From Felis catus (Eukaryota), in the NCBI RefSeq assembly GCF_018350175.1, contig NC_058383.1:31126001-31190000 (forward strand): a stretch of DNA of 64,000 bases, read 5' to 3'. A model generated the notes under the pieces. The model was not told where the DNA came from and did no database searches. It saw only the letters and a list, made by a program, of their open reading frames with translations. The position numbers and the translations under genes are program-made. Numbering within the stretch: position 1 is the stretch's first letter; each line of letters starts with the position of its first letter. Below, one piece after another: positions 13,423-26,688 of this stretch.

Positions 13423-15433
13423 AAGACACATACGTAACCTACTTCTCCTCAGCGGGGAAGCAAAGCCAAACCATCTGAGAGCCACCTGGGGGGCGATTTG
13501 CATTTCCTTCTCACGCAACACTTCACATTGTTAAGTAGATAAAAATAAGTACGATTTTACCACACACATACACACACAACTTGTCCGAGAGCGTAATACT
13601 TCCCGAACAAAGTTTCAAAACTTTTGGTGTAATTTAGGGAAAACAAAAACCAAAACCATGCGTGCCCCAGACCATCACCAGCAGGCAGCGGGAGTGGGAA
13701 TGTCCTCTAGGAACTTCACAGTTAACCAAGTCCGGGTTCCCATCCGGTCCTCACAAAGCACCATGAGGCAGGTAGGCTGGGTATTCATTGGAAACTGAGG
13801 CAGAGAGAGAGAACAAGAAACTTTCCCGAAGGTACACAGCCTGTAAGGAACGGGGCAGAGAATTGAAACAAAGTCCTCGACCAGATTTGACAACCTGCAG
13901 CCTCCAAGCCATGAGTCGTGGATTCAGGAGACATGAGAGGCAGATGTCAAAATGGAGCACCTGTCACAACTATCCTACAAAAACCTGAATTGGACCTAAA
14001 TGCAGTATTGAGCCTAAAAGTAAGGCTTCCTACCCTTCGACCGGGTGAAGTCCCTCTACTCTTCAGAGACCTGAAATCCAGGATCCTGGGGTATTGGCAT
14101 TTGCCAAGTTTCTGGTCGAAGAAGCTTTTCTGCCTTGGGGGTCATTCTCTTCCTACTGGAGACTGCCCTTCATGAGACTCCAGTGGGCCTGTCAATCCAT
14201 AGCCCCATCTTCCCTACCTACCAGAGGTGGGCATCTGACCCTGGCGAGCCCCTCTCTCTGGAATGGACGACCACACCAGGGGAGGGCCTACTGACCCATA
14301 CAGCCCGAGCCAGGGGCCTTTTGTGCAGAAACAGGGTTACTCACTCTGTGGAAAACCTTCAGGAACCTAAGCCTGGAGCTGCTCAAGGTCACACGTGCCA
14401 CCTTTTGAGAATCCCCACCTGAGTAAGACGTCACTCCAGAAACAAAGTCCAGGGGACAGACTTAGAGGCCAGGAACTTCATTACTGTTCTGGACCCACAT
14501 CAGATGCTGACACCACCCTTTCGGGCTTCCCATTACACTGACCAACGTTCCTTGGTTTTTTGTTGCTGCATTTTTTTTTTTTGGTTTTGTCGTATGGAAA
14601 CTGACTTAAGTTCAGATTTTTTATCGGTAAGCCACACACACAGTGTTTCCTCTATATCTGCCACTCCTAGAGAGAGCACCCACAGGCTACAGCCCTCAAC
14701 GACTCTCTCCTCTTTGGCAAAGACAACCGCGTGGACTTCGGAACACGGCTGCAGTCAGAGCTGGGGGGCTCCCGCCTTCCCGCCCTCGGCAGTTGGTTCT
14801 CAACAGCACAGGCTCAAAATGAGAGAACCCACCCAAAGCACCTAAAAAAACCTATGTTCTGGGAAAGACCTACAAAAAGTATACATCTCCACCTGACTCA
14901 GGATGATCACAAGATGGCAATAACCGAGTGTTTTTATCCCCTCCTTTTATTTATTTTTGTTGTTGTTGTTGTTGTTAATAAACCTCAGCCTTCTGGCAAG
15001 GCTTTAGTGATACAGAAGCTAACTGCAGAGCCAAGTTCAATGTGGTGCTCTCAGCCTTAACACAAAGATGACGTGGGCAGTTTTCTGAAACTGCCAATTA
15101 ATGGCAGCAGTTATACGAGCCTGTAGCAAACCCACAGACTAGCAGAGAGCCTTGGTGTTCTCCTGTGGGGTCTGTCCGGAGCTAGAGGAGGAATCAGACC
15201 ACCAGCAGGCACCCTGGCCCCAGTGAAAGGTCCTCCTAGCCCTTCTCCAAACCACCCGAGTGATCTCAGATACGAAAATCCCTGAGACCCGAAAAGCACC
15301 CAAAAGCCATGATTTTTCTCCTGAGCTCCAGAGCCATCAATAAATCCTACCACTGGCATTGAAGGTCTCCTGGATGTCTATCAAGTGCCTGGCTGGCATC
15401 ACCAACACACATATGCACACACATGACCCAAAG

Positions 15434-15443
15434 GCACATGCAC

Positions 15444-15504
<61 letters not shown>
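15434..15504. repeat. Alternating purine-pyrimidine tract: a (CG)-rich part followed by (CA)24
   Basis: gcacatgcacgcgtgcgcgcgcg(ca)24. Confidence 0.97.
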
Positions 15505-15506
<2 letters not shown>

Positions 15507-16367
15507 CACACACACCTCCAGAGCCCATCATCCTCCACTGCTCCCTGGTCATAACCCACCCATCTCACGGAGCCTCCCTCCCAAGCTCCTCCAACAGCAC
15601 CTTCCACACCCGCCCCAGCACATCCTCAGGGCGGCCCATCTGACCCCCCGGATCACCACCACCCTCTCTGCCTCCACCCTGCCGTCCCGTCAGCCCTGCC
15701 CCCACCGAGCAGCACAGCCCTACCGGCCACCTCCCTCACGCTGAACCAGAAGCAGCTGCTGGAACGTGCCGCCGTCTCTCTGGGCTCTGAGCACTCTTCA
15801 CGGGACCTGCGTGCCGGAGAGGCCTTCCCTGCCGCTCTGCCCAGCAGGAGGGGCGTACACACACCCGCCCGCACGCAAGTGCACGTGGGCACGTGAGCAC
15901 ACACCCGCACACAAGTGCACACCATGCCCTCTCGGCCCAAGATTCCCAGCGATCAAAGGTCACGTCTTCCCAAGACCCTCCCACCCCTGGGCATGTCGTG
16001 GGCCCCCGTCCCCCTGCACGTGCCTGCCTCATGCACATGACACAGATAGGCACCCTCGGGGCCACACACCCACAGCCCTTTCCTTCCCACGCCGGCGCAG
16101 GGGACAGCGTCCCCCCCACTCACAGCTGAAACCGGCTCGCAGGGCCCCGGAGAGAACAGGCGGAGCCAGGGTTCCCCCGAGCGCCCCACTCTGGGGCTCT
16201 CACGTGTCGCACCCGCCGCTGGCCTTCCCACCTCGCGTGCAGAGCGCCAGAGCTCACCGGGACCCTGCTGCCCTTCATCTGTGGGGCACCTCCCGCACCC
16301 ACGCACGGCCAGCTTCCTCCGGTGCAGAGGCGTGGCACAAGGTGTCCCCCACCCCCCGAGCCCCAGA

Positions 16368-16569
16368 GCTAGTTCTCAACCAGGCCAATTCCAACCCAGG
16401 CACAGCGAGCTATGTTCGAAGACATTTGATCATCACGATGAAGAGGAGGGTGCTACTGGCATCTAGTGGGTAGAGACCAGAGTAGCTGCTCAACGTCCCG
16501 CAGGGCAGTGGACAGCCCCCAACACAGAATTTCAACCCCTGATGTCAGCAGAGCGAGGGGGAGACACCT
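16368..16569 (+). mobile_element. MER20-like hAT-Charlie DNA transposon
   Basis: gttctcaacc ... ggagggtgctactggcatctagtgggtagagaccag ... ggacagccccc matches the recalled MER20 core. Confidence 0.85.
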
Positions 16570-17755
16570 CCCCATAAACTCAGCTCCCCTGGGGGGAGAT
16601 CCTTCCTCCCTGTTCCACGACCTCCCCCAGTTCCTGGTGCACAGGTACTTATACACCGAATGTGAATTCCTCAAGGCCCACCACTCTCCCCCATTCAGAC
16701 TGTGTCCTGCCCAAAGGCAAAGGACTGTACCAAAGTCCCTCAGATAGAAGGTGGGAGAAGCCTGACCCGACCCAGGCCCACCAAGCTTGTGCCCCACTGA
16801 CCGGCCCCACAAGGCATCCCTGGGCTCCTTCCCGGGGAGAAATCCCTCAAGGGTTCCACACACAGTAGGCGCCTTCTGGCATGTTCCATGTCCATGCGGG
16901 GCCGCGAGAGGCCTGTGTACAGACCAGTCGGCCTTGTGCTCTGAGTCCACCATAGGAGCCTGCCAGGCTCTGTCTGCAATGGGGGTCCCGTCGCCATTAT
17001 CGACACGATGAGAGCCTCCTAGAATCAGACACCTCTTACACCTTCTGGCCAATCACCTGGTATGCCACTCACACTCGTGTTTTGAGCCTGGATGAGCTGC
17101 AGGGGGGGGCTTTCTCCTTCCCGTCCAGTCCCTTTTCGTTAACTAACAGCTCTATGAAGATGCACTTCACATGCCAGGCAATTCGCCTACTCCAAGCCAA
17201 CAATAAATGATTTCTAGGGCCACCAGCCCCATCATCTGTCTTCAAGAACTTCCTCATCTCCCAAACCCACAGCCGTTAGCAGAGGGCTGGTGCCGAGGTC
17301 ACCCCTAAAGTCCTCCTTCAGTTAGGACACCGTCCCTGGAGACGCAGACCCTTTCCTGTGACCGTCCTCCCCAAGCGGTGCAGGGGGGAGGGCAGCGGCA
17401 CGTCCCCACACAGCCTCCAGCCTGCCACGCTCAGCCTTTTCCAACAACGATTCGGGGCAAGAATAAACCAGCCTTCCAGGAACCTGAACTCACTCACATC
17501 ATTTTTCTGTGAATTCCTTTTATCTTCCAAAAGAGCTCTTCAGAGGGCAACCTACCAGAATGCACTGATAAGAATTTATGTTACAATCTAGTAACTCAAG
17601 GTGGTTCATTAAGAAAATTCTAGCAGCAAAGGTGAACTCAGGAATGCTCTCTAATGGCCTCACTGTGATGCACGATGAAAAGAAGACACGAGCGGTCGCT
17701 CTTGAGGAGGAGAGCGGGAGAGTCATGCGGGTCAGGCCCTAAAAGGCACTGGCAA

Positions 17756-17972
17756 GGGGCGCCTGGGTGGCTCAGTCGGGTGAGCGTCCGACTTCAGCTC
17801 AGGTCACGATCTCGTGGTCCGTGAGTTCGAGCCCCGCGTCGGGCTCTGGGCTGATGGCTCGGAGCCTGGAGCCTGTTTCCGATTCTGTGTCTCCCTCTCT
17901 CTCTGCCCCTCCCCCGTTCATGCTCTGTCTCTGTCTCAAAAATAAATAAAACGTTAAAAAAAAATTTTTTTT
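17756..17972 (+). mobile_element. CanSINE (SINEC_Fc), young
   Basis: TSD aaaggcactggca at 17742-17754 and 17973-17985; CpGs largely intact. Confidence 0.97.
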
Positions 17973-19657
17973 AAAGGCACTGGCAGGGTCTCGGAGCCCC
18001 CGTTCACCTGTGCTGCTGTCAGCTCTGTGTCCGGGCTTCATCCCAGGGTCACTGGGAGACCCCTCAGCCTCACCCATTCAAAGAGGATTCCAGCCAGGAT
18101 AAGGCGTGTAAGGAAAGGGACACTTCACGTGCAGGAACACACAACACAAGGAACCACCTAGAGTTTAGAATCAAAGGGGGTTCAACTTCAGCTTCTGAGC
18201 CGCAGTTTCTGCATCTGAAAGGAGAGTTCTCTCCTCATCTGCTGCTGTCTCCCCGAGGACCCCTCTCCCCACCGACTCTATGTGCTTAGGCATGTCTTCC
18301 CCAAGAGCCTCCTCCCGGATCCCTCCACCTTATGTACAAGCACTACGCGTCTCTTCGTGGCCCTCACACAGCCCGCACGCTTCCTTCAGAGCGCGAGTCT
18401 GCTCGTAAGCAGACATTTGCTAAGGTGTATGGAAGGCAGGCAGGCACATGGCCTGCCTGCCCCACCGCGGCATGAGAAACGTCTGCCAGTTCATCACCGT
18501 CTCCCGGCGCCTGGCACCGCAGCTGGCACACCGGAGGAAATCAGGGACTTTATTTGTCGACGGAGAGGCGGTGCGCATGGTGGCTGACGGCCTGGACTCT
18601 ACTGGAGAAATCCGCCGGCTCCTGCTCTACAGGGTGAGGCAGTCAATACCTCAGGCTCTGCGAGCCCGACGTTCTCTGCTGCCACCGCTCGGCTCTGCCG
18701 TGGCAATGCCAACACCACCGTGCACGATCCAGAAATGCATGTGTCACAGCAGCACCGTGGGCCACAGTTCGCCGGCCCCCGGTCTAGAGGCAGGGTCTGC
18801 ACTCAAACCCCAGTTCAGCCACCCCCCAGCAGAAACACCTTAGACAACTCACTCAAACCCTCTCGGCCTCAGTCCCCTGTCAGATGGGATGGATGCTAGT
18901 ATTTACCGCACTGAGCTCCGGGAGGATTCAGTGAGCACCCAGAATATAGTAAGCACTCAATAAACTGAGCTATGAGAGTCACAGGAGTCATCGTCAACGG
19001 TGGTAGCGACAAGAGAATCCCACCCTAAGCAGCTGGCAAGCGGTGGCTGCCACACTGGTGGCCACAATGACAAGGATGACGAAGCCAGCCCCAACAAGGA
19101 AAGAGGCAACCGGGGGAGCCCGGGGAAGGAAGGTGATTCCAAGACATCTACTTGGGTGCACAGAACCTCCATGACATCTGACACCTGCACAGTCCAGATG
19201 GCCAGATGAGTGGGGCTCACCACAGTCACCTCTGTGCAACCGACCCGCCTGCTTTCCTGGCAGAGGTCAAACAAGCACCACCAGGTGACACCGCTCCGGA
19301 CCGGCCAGGCAGCTGGTGCAGTCATGGGCCACCGCAACTGCATCTCTCAAGAGCCAGGGAGACCAGGAAAAAGGACAGGACGGTTTCCATTTCCAAATGA
19401 GGACAATGGCCAGGAAGTCAGTTTTCCTGGTCCCGCCAGCAAAGCTGAGACTTGATCACAGGGTCCCCACAATGTCAAAAATCCCTTTGGATGCAAATGA
19501 GACAGGCGTGGCACTAATGAGCCAAGGGGGAAGGTTCTAACACCAAGTAGCTGGTTCACCACCATCACAGATGACTGGCTGACCCCACAACAGCAGGAGA
19601 TCCATGCGGCAACCCCAAGCAAGGATGGAAACATTTTCATTGTTTAAAGTAAGGCTT

Positions 19658-20120
19658 TACCTAAATGTCCATCAACTGATGAATGCATAAAGAAATTGTG
19701 GTTTATATACACAATGGAGTACTATGTGGCAATGAGAAAGAAAGAAATATGGCCCTTTGTAGCAACGTGGATGGAACTGGAGAGTGTGATGCTAAGTGAA
19801 ATAAGCCAGAGAGAAAGACAGATACCATATGTTTTCACTCTTATGTGGATCCTGAGAAACTTAACAGAAACCCATGGGGGAGGGGAAGGAAAAAAAAGAA
19901 AAGAGGTTAGACTGGGAGAGAGAACCAAAGCATAAGAGACTCTTAAAAACAGAACAAACTGAGGGTTGATGGGGGGTGGGAGGGAGGGGAGGGTAGGTGA
20001 TGGGCACTGAAGAGGGCATTTTTGGGGATGAGCACTGGGTGTTGTATGGAAACTAATTTGACAATAAATTTCATATAATAAAAAATAAATAAATAAATAA
20101 AAATTAAAAATTAAAAAAAA
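19658..20120 (+). mobile_element. 5'-truncated carnivore/feline L1 (ORF2 C-terminus, 3' UTR and A tail)
   Basis: ORF 19696..19935 MWFIYTMEYY...WPFVATWMELESVMLSEISQ is the L1 ORF2 end; G-rich 3' UTR; TSD taaagtaaggctt at 19645-19657 and 20121-20133. Confidence 0.96.
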
Positions 20121-20393
20121 TAAAGTAAGGCTTCAGTTCTGTTTTGCACAATAAATATGGAAGTTGCCCCAACAGACCAATAATTGCAATTATTAAATTC
20201 ACAGTGCTCAGCTGGATCAGGGATTCCCTGTAATCTTCCAATAAAGCTGTATCACATCCTCCTGATTTTAAACACACATACTCACATGTACACAGACACC
20301 ACACTCCGGATGTCTGAACCTATTGGTGGCAATTCTGAAAAGAAATAGGTGGGTCTCCAAGGGAGGAAGGGCACACAGAATTTTCTCAGCTTT

Positions 20394-20583
20394 GGGGCAC
20401 CTTGGGGGGCTCAGTCGACTGAGCATTCGACTCTTGATTTCGGCTCACGTTATGATCTCAGGGTCGTGGGATTGAGCCCCGCACCCACACTCCGCACGGA
20501 GCCTGCTTAAGATTCTCTCTTTCTCTCTCTGCCCCTCTCCCCTGCTCACACTCACCCTCTAAAAATAAAATTTTTAAAATAAA
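20394..20583 (+). mobile_element. CanSINE, older subfamily
   Basis: ggggcaccttggggggctcagtcgactgagcattcgactcttgatttcggctc...gagcctgcttaagattctctct. Confidence 0.9.
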
Positions 20584-20759
20584 AGGATGTTCTGTTTCTG
20601 CGAATTGCGCAACAATGTGCCCCCTTGCTAGGCCCCCAACAGACAGCAGTCCCCTGGGAAGCAGGTGGGAAAGACTGTGATGAAGAAATCTCCCAGACGA
20701 CCTAGCTGCAAATGCACTGAGGGCCACACGCCTGCCCCCGGCACTCCAGTCTTGCCGGC

Positions 20760-21100
20760 AGGCCGCGAGATCGAGCTGTTGATGCCTTCAGCCTTGACAC
20801 ACGCCAGCCCTGCTGGGTAGATGGCCCTTCCCTCACCCTGTTTCCCTAGCCAGTTCCTCCACTTTCAAGGCAGAGCTCCAAAGCCCCCTCTGGCCTTTGC
20901 CCTCCGGGAAGGCTTCCTCCTCCGTGCTGGCACACACCCTCCCCTTAACGCCTGAGAACACTCCCAGCACGGCTTCTCCGCTGTTCTCTCCCACTAGGCT
21001 AGATGCCCTTCCAACACCTATTCAGCTCTGTATCCCAAGTACTCTGCGCAGCGCCTGGCACACAGTAGGCGCTCAGTAAACATTTATTTCATGAACGAAT
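20760..21100 (+). mobile_element. L2 LINE 3' end relic
   Basis: gcgcctggcacacagtaggcgctcagtaaacatttatttcatgaacgaat is the typical L2 terminus. Confidence 0.75.
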
Positions 21101-23477
21101 TAACGTGTGTGTTTCACTGAACCTCCTAAACACATTTTTAACCTTGAGCCGTATCTATACTGCCACTACTCTTATTAAAAATAGCTGCTATCCGCTCGAC
21201 ATTTACCGCGTTAACTGTGGTGATAAGCACTTTACGCACTTCTCCTACTCTTCTTCCAACAACCCTCCAGTTCACAGGGGGAAACAGGCCCCACGCAGGG
21301 GAGGCAGCGAGCCCAAAGTCATATGGCTCGGGTGAGGCAGTCAGCTGACCCTAGGCAGTCGGCCTCAAAGACCCCCCACTCTTAACCATTACTGGGCCAG
21401 GCCTGCACACGCATGAGTCATAGCCTTTGGCACCTGTGCTAGGATTCTCTTAACGGTTTTAAGTCAACCCACATTTTAACATCACCTTGTCCTAAGCAAG
21501 AGAATCTGCAACGTCACACGTTTGGTGGGTTACGTTTTCTAAAAACCCAATATAATTACAGAAATAAAAAATATTCATTTGTACAACTAGAGAAGCCCTC
21601 CTAGTTCCCCAACTGGAGACCGCGGCCAGTGCCACAGCGCCCCCTCCGGCCGACCTGAGCACAGTCTAACTGGCAGTCTCTCAGGCGTAGAATTTGATTC
21701 TGGGGACACTCACTGAATCTAACCTGGACCGGCGGGGCACTGCACTGGGCACGTGGGGGCCAGGGAGAAGGGATACACACGTGAACAGGATACAACTTCG
21801 GGGGGCAGTTCATGTTTCTGTTCACAGCAAGAACAGGACCTCCATAGATCTTCCTCCCACCCTATGCTCACCTGAGAGCTGACCCTACCTCACCTCCACA
21901 GACAGATAATTCAGAGCTGGCTAATCAGGCCTTCACCCTCCCCCAGTAACAGGGACTGACTCAGGGATGGGCACACATTTGGCCGGAGTATAAGCCAATG
22001 AGAGTCAAGCCTAAGATTTCTGTTTGACTACAAAGAGCTAAAGCTCTAGCCTGCCTGTTGGATATAAAAGTAAGAACATGGGAAGTCTGGGGCCCACAGA
22101 GAGAGGGGAACAGAGGTGGACTCTGGATCCAGCCATGCCTGAAGACAAAATCTACCTGGTTCATGCAAGCCCACGAATCCCCTTTCTGCTCTAGCCAATG
22201 TGCATTAGATTTCCTGACACCGTCGAGAGCCCTAAATGACACAGAACCCCTCCAGAAGTGCTCAGGGCGTCCAAGTCTCTTTTTATCATTTGAATGATAA
22301 AAACAGGCCTATGAAAGCAGGCCTATAAAAGACGGTGAGCTGAGTAAGCACTCAGAAACTACAGCATGGGCAGTTTTTACTACCTTCGTCACTTTCCCCT
22401 TTCCTTAGGCGTACGCGAGCTGAGCAGAAACAGAAGACAGGCAAGTGACCTTTTCATGCCACTCAATTGCCGAAGGGCTCGACAGGCCACACACATGCCA
22501 CCGAACAGCTAGAAAGGGCGGTGCAACAAGGAAAAAGGTGTTTGTGGAGATGAGCATCACTCGAGCTACTCTACCCTTCAGGAAGATTACCTAGAGAAAC
22601 CACGTTGGCAGGGCCGACTAAATGACAATGACTCGAAAGCCAAAACACAGGCCGACACGGTTATAGTCCCTTCCCTGTAAAACCATACACGCAAAAAGTT
22701 AACCTCTCCCTGGAAGCTGTGATCAACGTTCCTCAAAAGCCTCAACAGGACAGATTCTGGATTCATTCCACAGTGGCTGTGCAAATCCATGAACAGCCGT
22801 GGGAGCAGGCAGTCAAGAAAGCATGAAGAAACACATTCCGTACAAATCTCACTGCCCAAGGAAGAAAATTCCATGATTAAAAACAAGCCAAATGCTCAGA
22901 CTGCTCCCACAGCTTTTCCCATGCCAGCCCATTTTCAAGTGAGAAGTTGAAAAAAGACACAGATCATCATCCAGAAAGGAACACAGCCGTAAACAGTAGT
23001 GAATCTTCTCAAAGTCGGGACACGGGGCCAGAAGGGCAAATGTACTGGCTCAACTTCTGAAAGCGTGCAACCTACACAGCCCAGGGTGCCCAGGCACATC
23101 TTATAAATCTGTTAACGCAACTCTTCACTACCATACAGGTTTTCTGAAGCTGGCCAAACTAGGATCCTGTCAAACCACAAGTCGCCATTAACTGGAAATT
23201 CTACTTCCCAGACTCCTCACAGTGGCCTCCATCATGGGACTCCTGGTAGTGTCGTCAGCCTAATTCCGTAGCTCACTCCCCTCCACATGGTCTATTCTGG
23301 TCCCATGGGCCTTTTTTACTTTCCTCGAATACTTCCCATGCATTATTACCTCAGGACCTTTGCATATGTCCATCCCTCTAAGTCAAATCGCCTGCCCCCA
23401 GATCTTGGGATAACTGGTTCCTTTTCTTCCTTCCAACCACCAAGAGGATTTCCTTAAGTAGGAAAGTGGTGGCCTTT

Positions 23478-25704
23478 TATCGGAGAATACTATGAAAAAT
23501 TACATGCCACCAAACTGGACAACCTGGAAGAAATGGACCAATTCCTAGACACCCACCCACTTCCAAAATGCAAGCAGGAAGAAATAGAAAACTTGAACAG
23601 ACCCATAACCAGTGAAGAAATTGAATCCGTTATCAAAAATCTCCCAACAAATAAGAGTCCTGGACCAGATGGCTTCCCAGGGGAACTCTACCAGACATTT
23701 AAAGCAGAGTTAATACCTACCTTTCTCAAGCTGTTCCAAAAAATAAAAACAGAAGGAAAGCTTCCAGACTCATTCTATGAAGCCAACATTACCTTGATTC
23801 CCAAACCAGACAGAGGGCCCACAAAAAAAGGAGAATTATAGGCCAATATCCCTGACGAACATGGATGCAAAACTTCTCAACAAGATGCTAGCAAATCAAA
23901 TTCCACAGCATATCAGAAGAATTATTCACCACGATCAAGTGGGATTCATTCCTGGGCTGCAGGGCTGGTTCGATATTCACAAATCAATGTGATATATCAC
24001 ATTAATAAAAGAAAGGATAAGAACCATATGATCCTGTCAATGGATGCAGAAAAAACACTTGACAAAACACAGGATCCTTTCTTAAGAAAAACATTCAAGA
24101 AAGTCGGGATAGAAGGAACATACCTAAACATCATAAAAGCCATATATGAAAAGCCCACAGCTAATATCATCCTCAATGGGGAAACACCGAGAGCTTTCCC
24201 CTCTGAGATCAGGAACACGACAGGGATGTTCACTCTCACTGCTGTTGTTTAACTAACGTAGTGTTGGAAGTGCTAGCATCAGCAATCAGACAACAAAAGG
24301 AATAAAAGGTATCAAAATTGGCAAAGAACTTAAACTTTCACTTTTTGCAGACGACAGGATACTCTAAGTGGAAAACCGGAAAGACTCTACTAAGACGCTG
24401 CTAGAACCGATACATGAATTCAGCAAAGTCAAGGGGTACAAAATCAGTCCACAGAAATCAGTTGCATTTCTGTACACCAATAATGAAACAAAAAGAACAA
24501 AGAGAAATCAAGAAATTGATCCCATATACAAGTGCACTAAGAACCATAAAATACCTAGGAATAAACCTAACCAAGATGTAAAAGATCTATATTCTGAAAA
24601 CTATAGAAAGCTTATGAAGGAAACTGAAGAAGACACAGAGAAATGGAAACACAGGGTCACCCGGGGGGCTCTGTCGGTTAAGCACCCAACTTCGGCTCAG
24701 GTCATGATCTTGCGGTCCGTGAGTTTGAGCGCCACATCAGACTCTGTGCTGACAGCTTAGAGCCTGGAGCCTGCTTCGGATTCTGTGTCTCCCTCTCTCC
24801 CAGCCCCTCCCCCACTCAAGCATCTCTCTCAAAAACAAATACACATTTAAAAAAAATATAACAACATTCCATGTTCACGGATTGAAAGAAAAATATTGTT
24901 AAAATATTGTCATACTACCCAAAGCAATCTACACAAACCACATGGAGATACCTCCTCACACCGGTCAGAGTTGTTAAAATGAACAACTCAGGAAACAACA
25001 GATGCTGGCAAGGATGTGGAGAAACAGGAACCCTCTTGCACTGTTGGTGGGAATGCAAACTGGTGCAGCTGCTCTGGAAAACAGTGTGGAGGTTCCTCAA
25101 AACATTAAAAATAGAACCACCCTACAACCCAGCAATAGCACTACTAGGAATTTATCCAAAGGATACAGGAGGGCTGACTCATAGGGGCACTTGTACCCCA
25201 ATGTTTACAGCAGTGCTTTCAACAATAGCCAAATTATGGAAAGAGCCTAAATGCCCATCCGTTGATGAATGGATACTACTTAGCAATGAAAAAGAATGAA
25301 ATCATGCCATTTGCAGCAACGTGCATGGAACTGGAAGGTATTATGCCGAGTGAAATAAGTCAGTCAGAGAAAAATATCACCTTTTCACTCATATGTGGAA
25401 CTTGAGACACTTAACAGAAGACCATGGGGGACGGGAGGAGGAAAAAAATAGTTACAAACAGAGAGGGAGGGAGGAAAACATAAGAGACTCTTAAATATAG
25501 AGAACAAATGGAGGGTTCATGGGTGAGGGGCAGCGGAGAGGGGAAATGGGTGATGGGCATTGAGGAGGGCACTTGTTGGGCTGAGCGCTGGGTGTTGAAT
25601 GTAAGCGATGAACCACAGGAATCTACCCCCCAAACCAAGAGCACACTGTATACACTGTATGTTAGCCAATTCGGCAATAAATTATACTAAAAAACAAACA
25701 AAAC
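23478..25704 (+). mobile_element. 5'-truncated, internally deleted carnivore L1 (dead ORF2 RT region and 3' UTR) with a nested CanSINE
   Basis: ORFs 23533.., 23989.., 24368.. and 24907.. are frameshifted L1 ORF2 pieces. The RT motif reads LFADDRIL* at 24341-24367; the cysteine-rich C-terminus [21 protein letters not shown] is present; degenerate TSD aaagtggtggc (23463-23473) / aaagaggtggc (25705-25715). Confidence 0.96.
24653..24860 (+). mobile_element. CanSINE inserted into L1 ORF2
   Basis: Interrupts L1 sequence aaatggaaa...acattccatg; SINE head, CT tract and A tail are visible. Confidence 0.92.
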
Positions 25705-26049
25705 AAAGAGGTGGCTTCTCCCCAGATGTCCCAACAGCTTCGTCTCAACCATCTTTTATTGTCTTCTCGATACTTACACTATCCAAAATCTTACTTTTCC
25801 TATCATTCTTATTTCCCCTCTCCTCCCCATCCCAACCCGCTGCATCAACTCTGAACACATCTCTGCCTCATCCACACCTACCTGCCCTCCTGCTCCAGGG
25901 AACAGTACCTCCATCCACCAAGCTTGAAACAATCTGTATGAACCTATCGTCTATTTCCTCCCACATCCAAGTTCTAAGGCAGGGAAGAGTCTCCAGACCT
26001 GGTGAAGCATAAACTTTAGCTTTAGGAAATCTATGTCCTCCTGAAACCC

Positions 26050-26580
26050 TACCCCAGACTAACACCCACTCTCAGGCAAGAAGCTTCTCCTCTCCTGGTC
26101 TCCCGCTGCTACCAGCCCCCTCCAACCCAGTCTCCATGCTGCTCTCAATGAAAAACTTCTCTGATCTTGGGAACTTTTCAGTTCAGCCTCCTCCAGGGAC
26201 CCTCCACAGCCTATAACACAACGAGCGAACCAGAAAGCACAGCACAGCAGACTTTCCATGACCTGGCCTCTGCCCAGGCTCCCAGACACACACCTTGTCC
26301 ACGTGCCAACCCAGTCATCATCCCCCTAGATGCACCCTCGAGGTTCCTTCCACATGGAGGCCAGTCCCGGACCCTCTCAGCAGAGTGAGCCGATTCACTT
26401 GGGGGCTCCCATCAGCCATTTCAATCTCTCAGAACCACCAAGTTAGTTGTACAATCAACATGTTTGTCTGTCTCCCTGGGACCCCAAGGACAAGGATTTG
26501 GTCCTTGTCTCCCGTTGGTATCACTGTCCAGCACAATGACCTGCATAGGGCAGGCATTTATTATGTGTTTGCATGTGGTG
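26050..26580 (+). mobile_element. L2 relic
   Basis: Pyrimidine-rich L2 3'-region motifs (ttccatgacctggcctctgcc; cacaatgacctgcatagggcaggcattta); boundaries approximate. Confidence 0.55.
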
Positions 26581-26688
26581 AACACTTACGACCCATCTCC
26601 TATGGGACGGTCCACAGGCCAAGCACTGGGAACCAAAATCAACAAGACAAATAAGGTTCCAATGCTCATGGAGCTTTCAGTCCAGTTG

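Noticed and set aside
15766..16473. 235-aa ORF
   Set aside because: Non-ATG start, Pro/Arg/Ala-rich with no recognisable domain, runs into MER20, and overlapping ORFs in other frames indicate a GC-content artefact.
23533..25299. Reverse-transcriptase-like ORFs as an active or novel RT system
   Set aside because: Ordinary dead L1 ORF2: frameshifts, a stop just after FADD, a SINE insertion, an internal deletion, and no endonuclease domain or ORF1.
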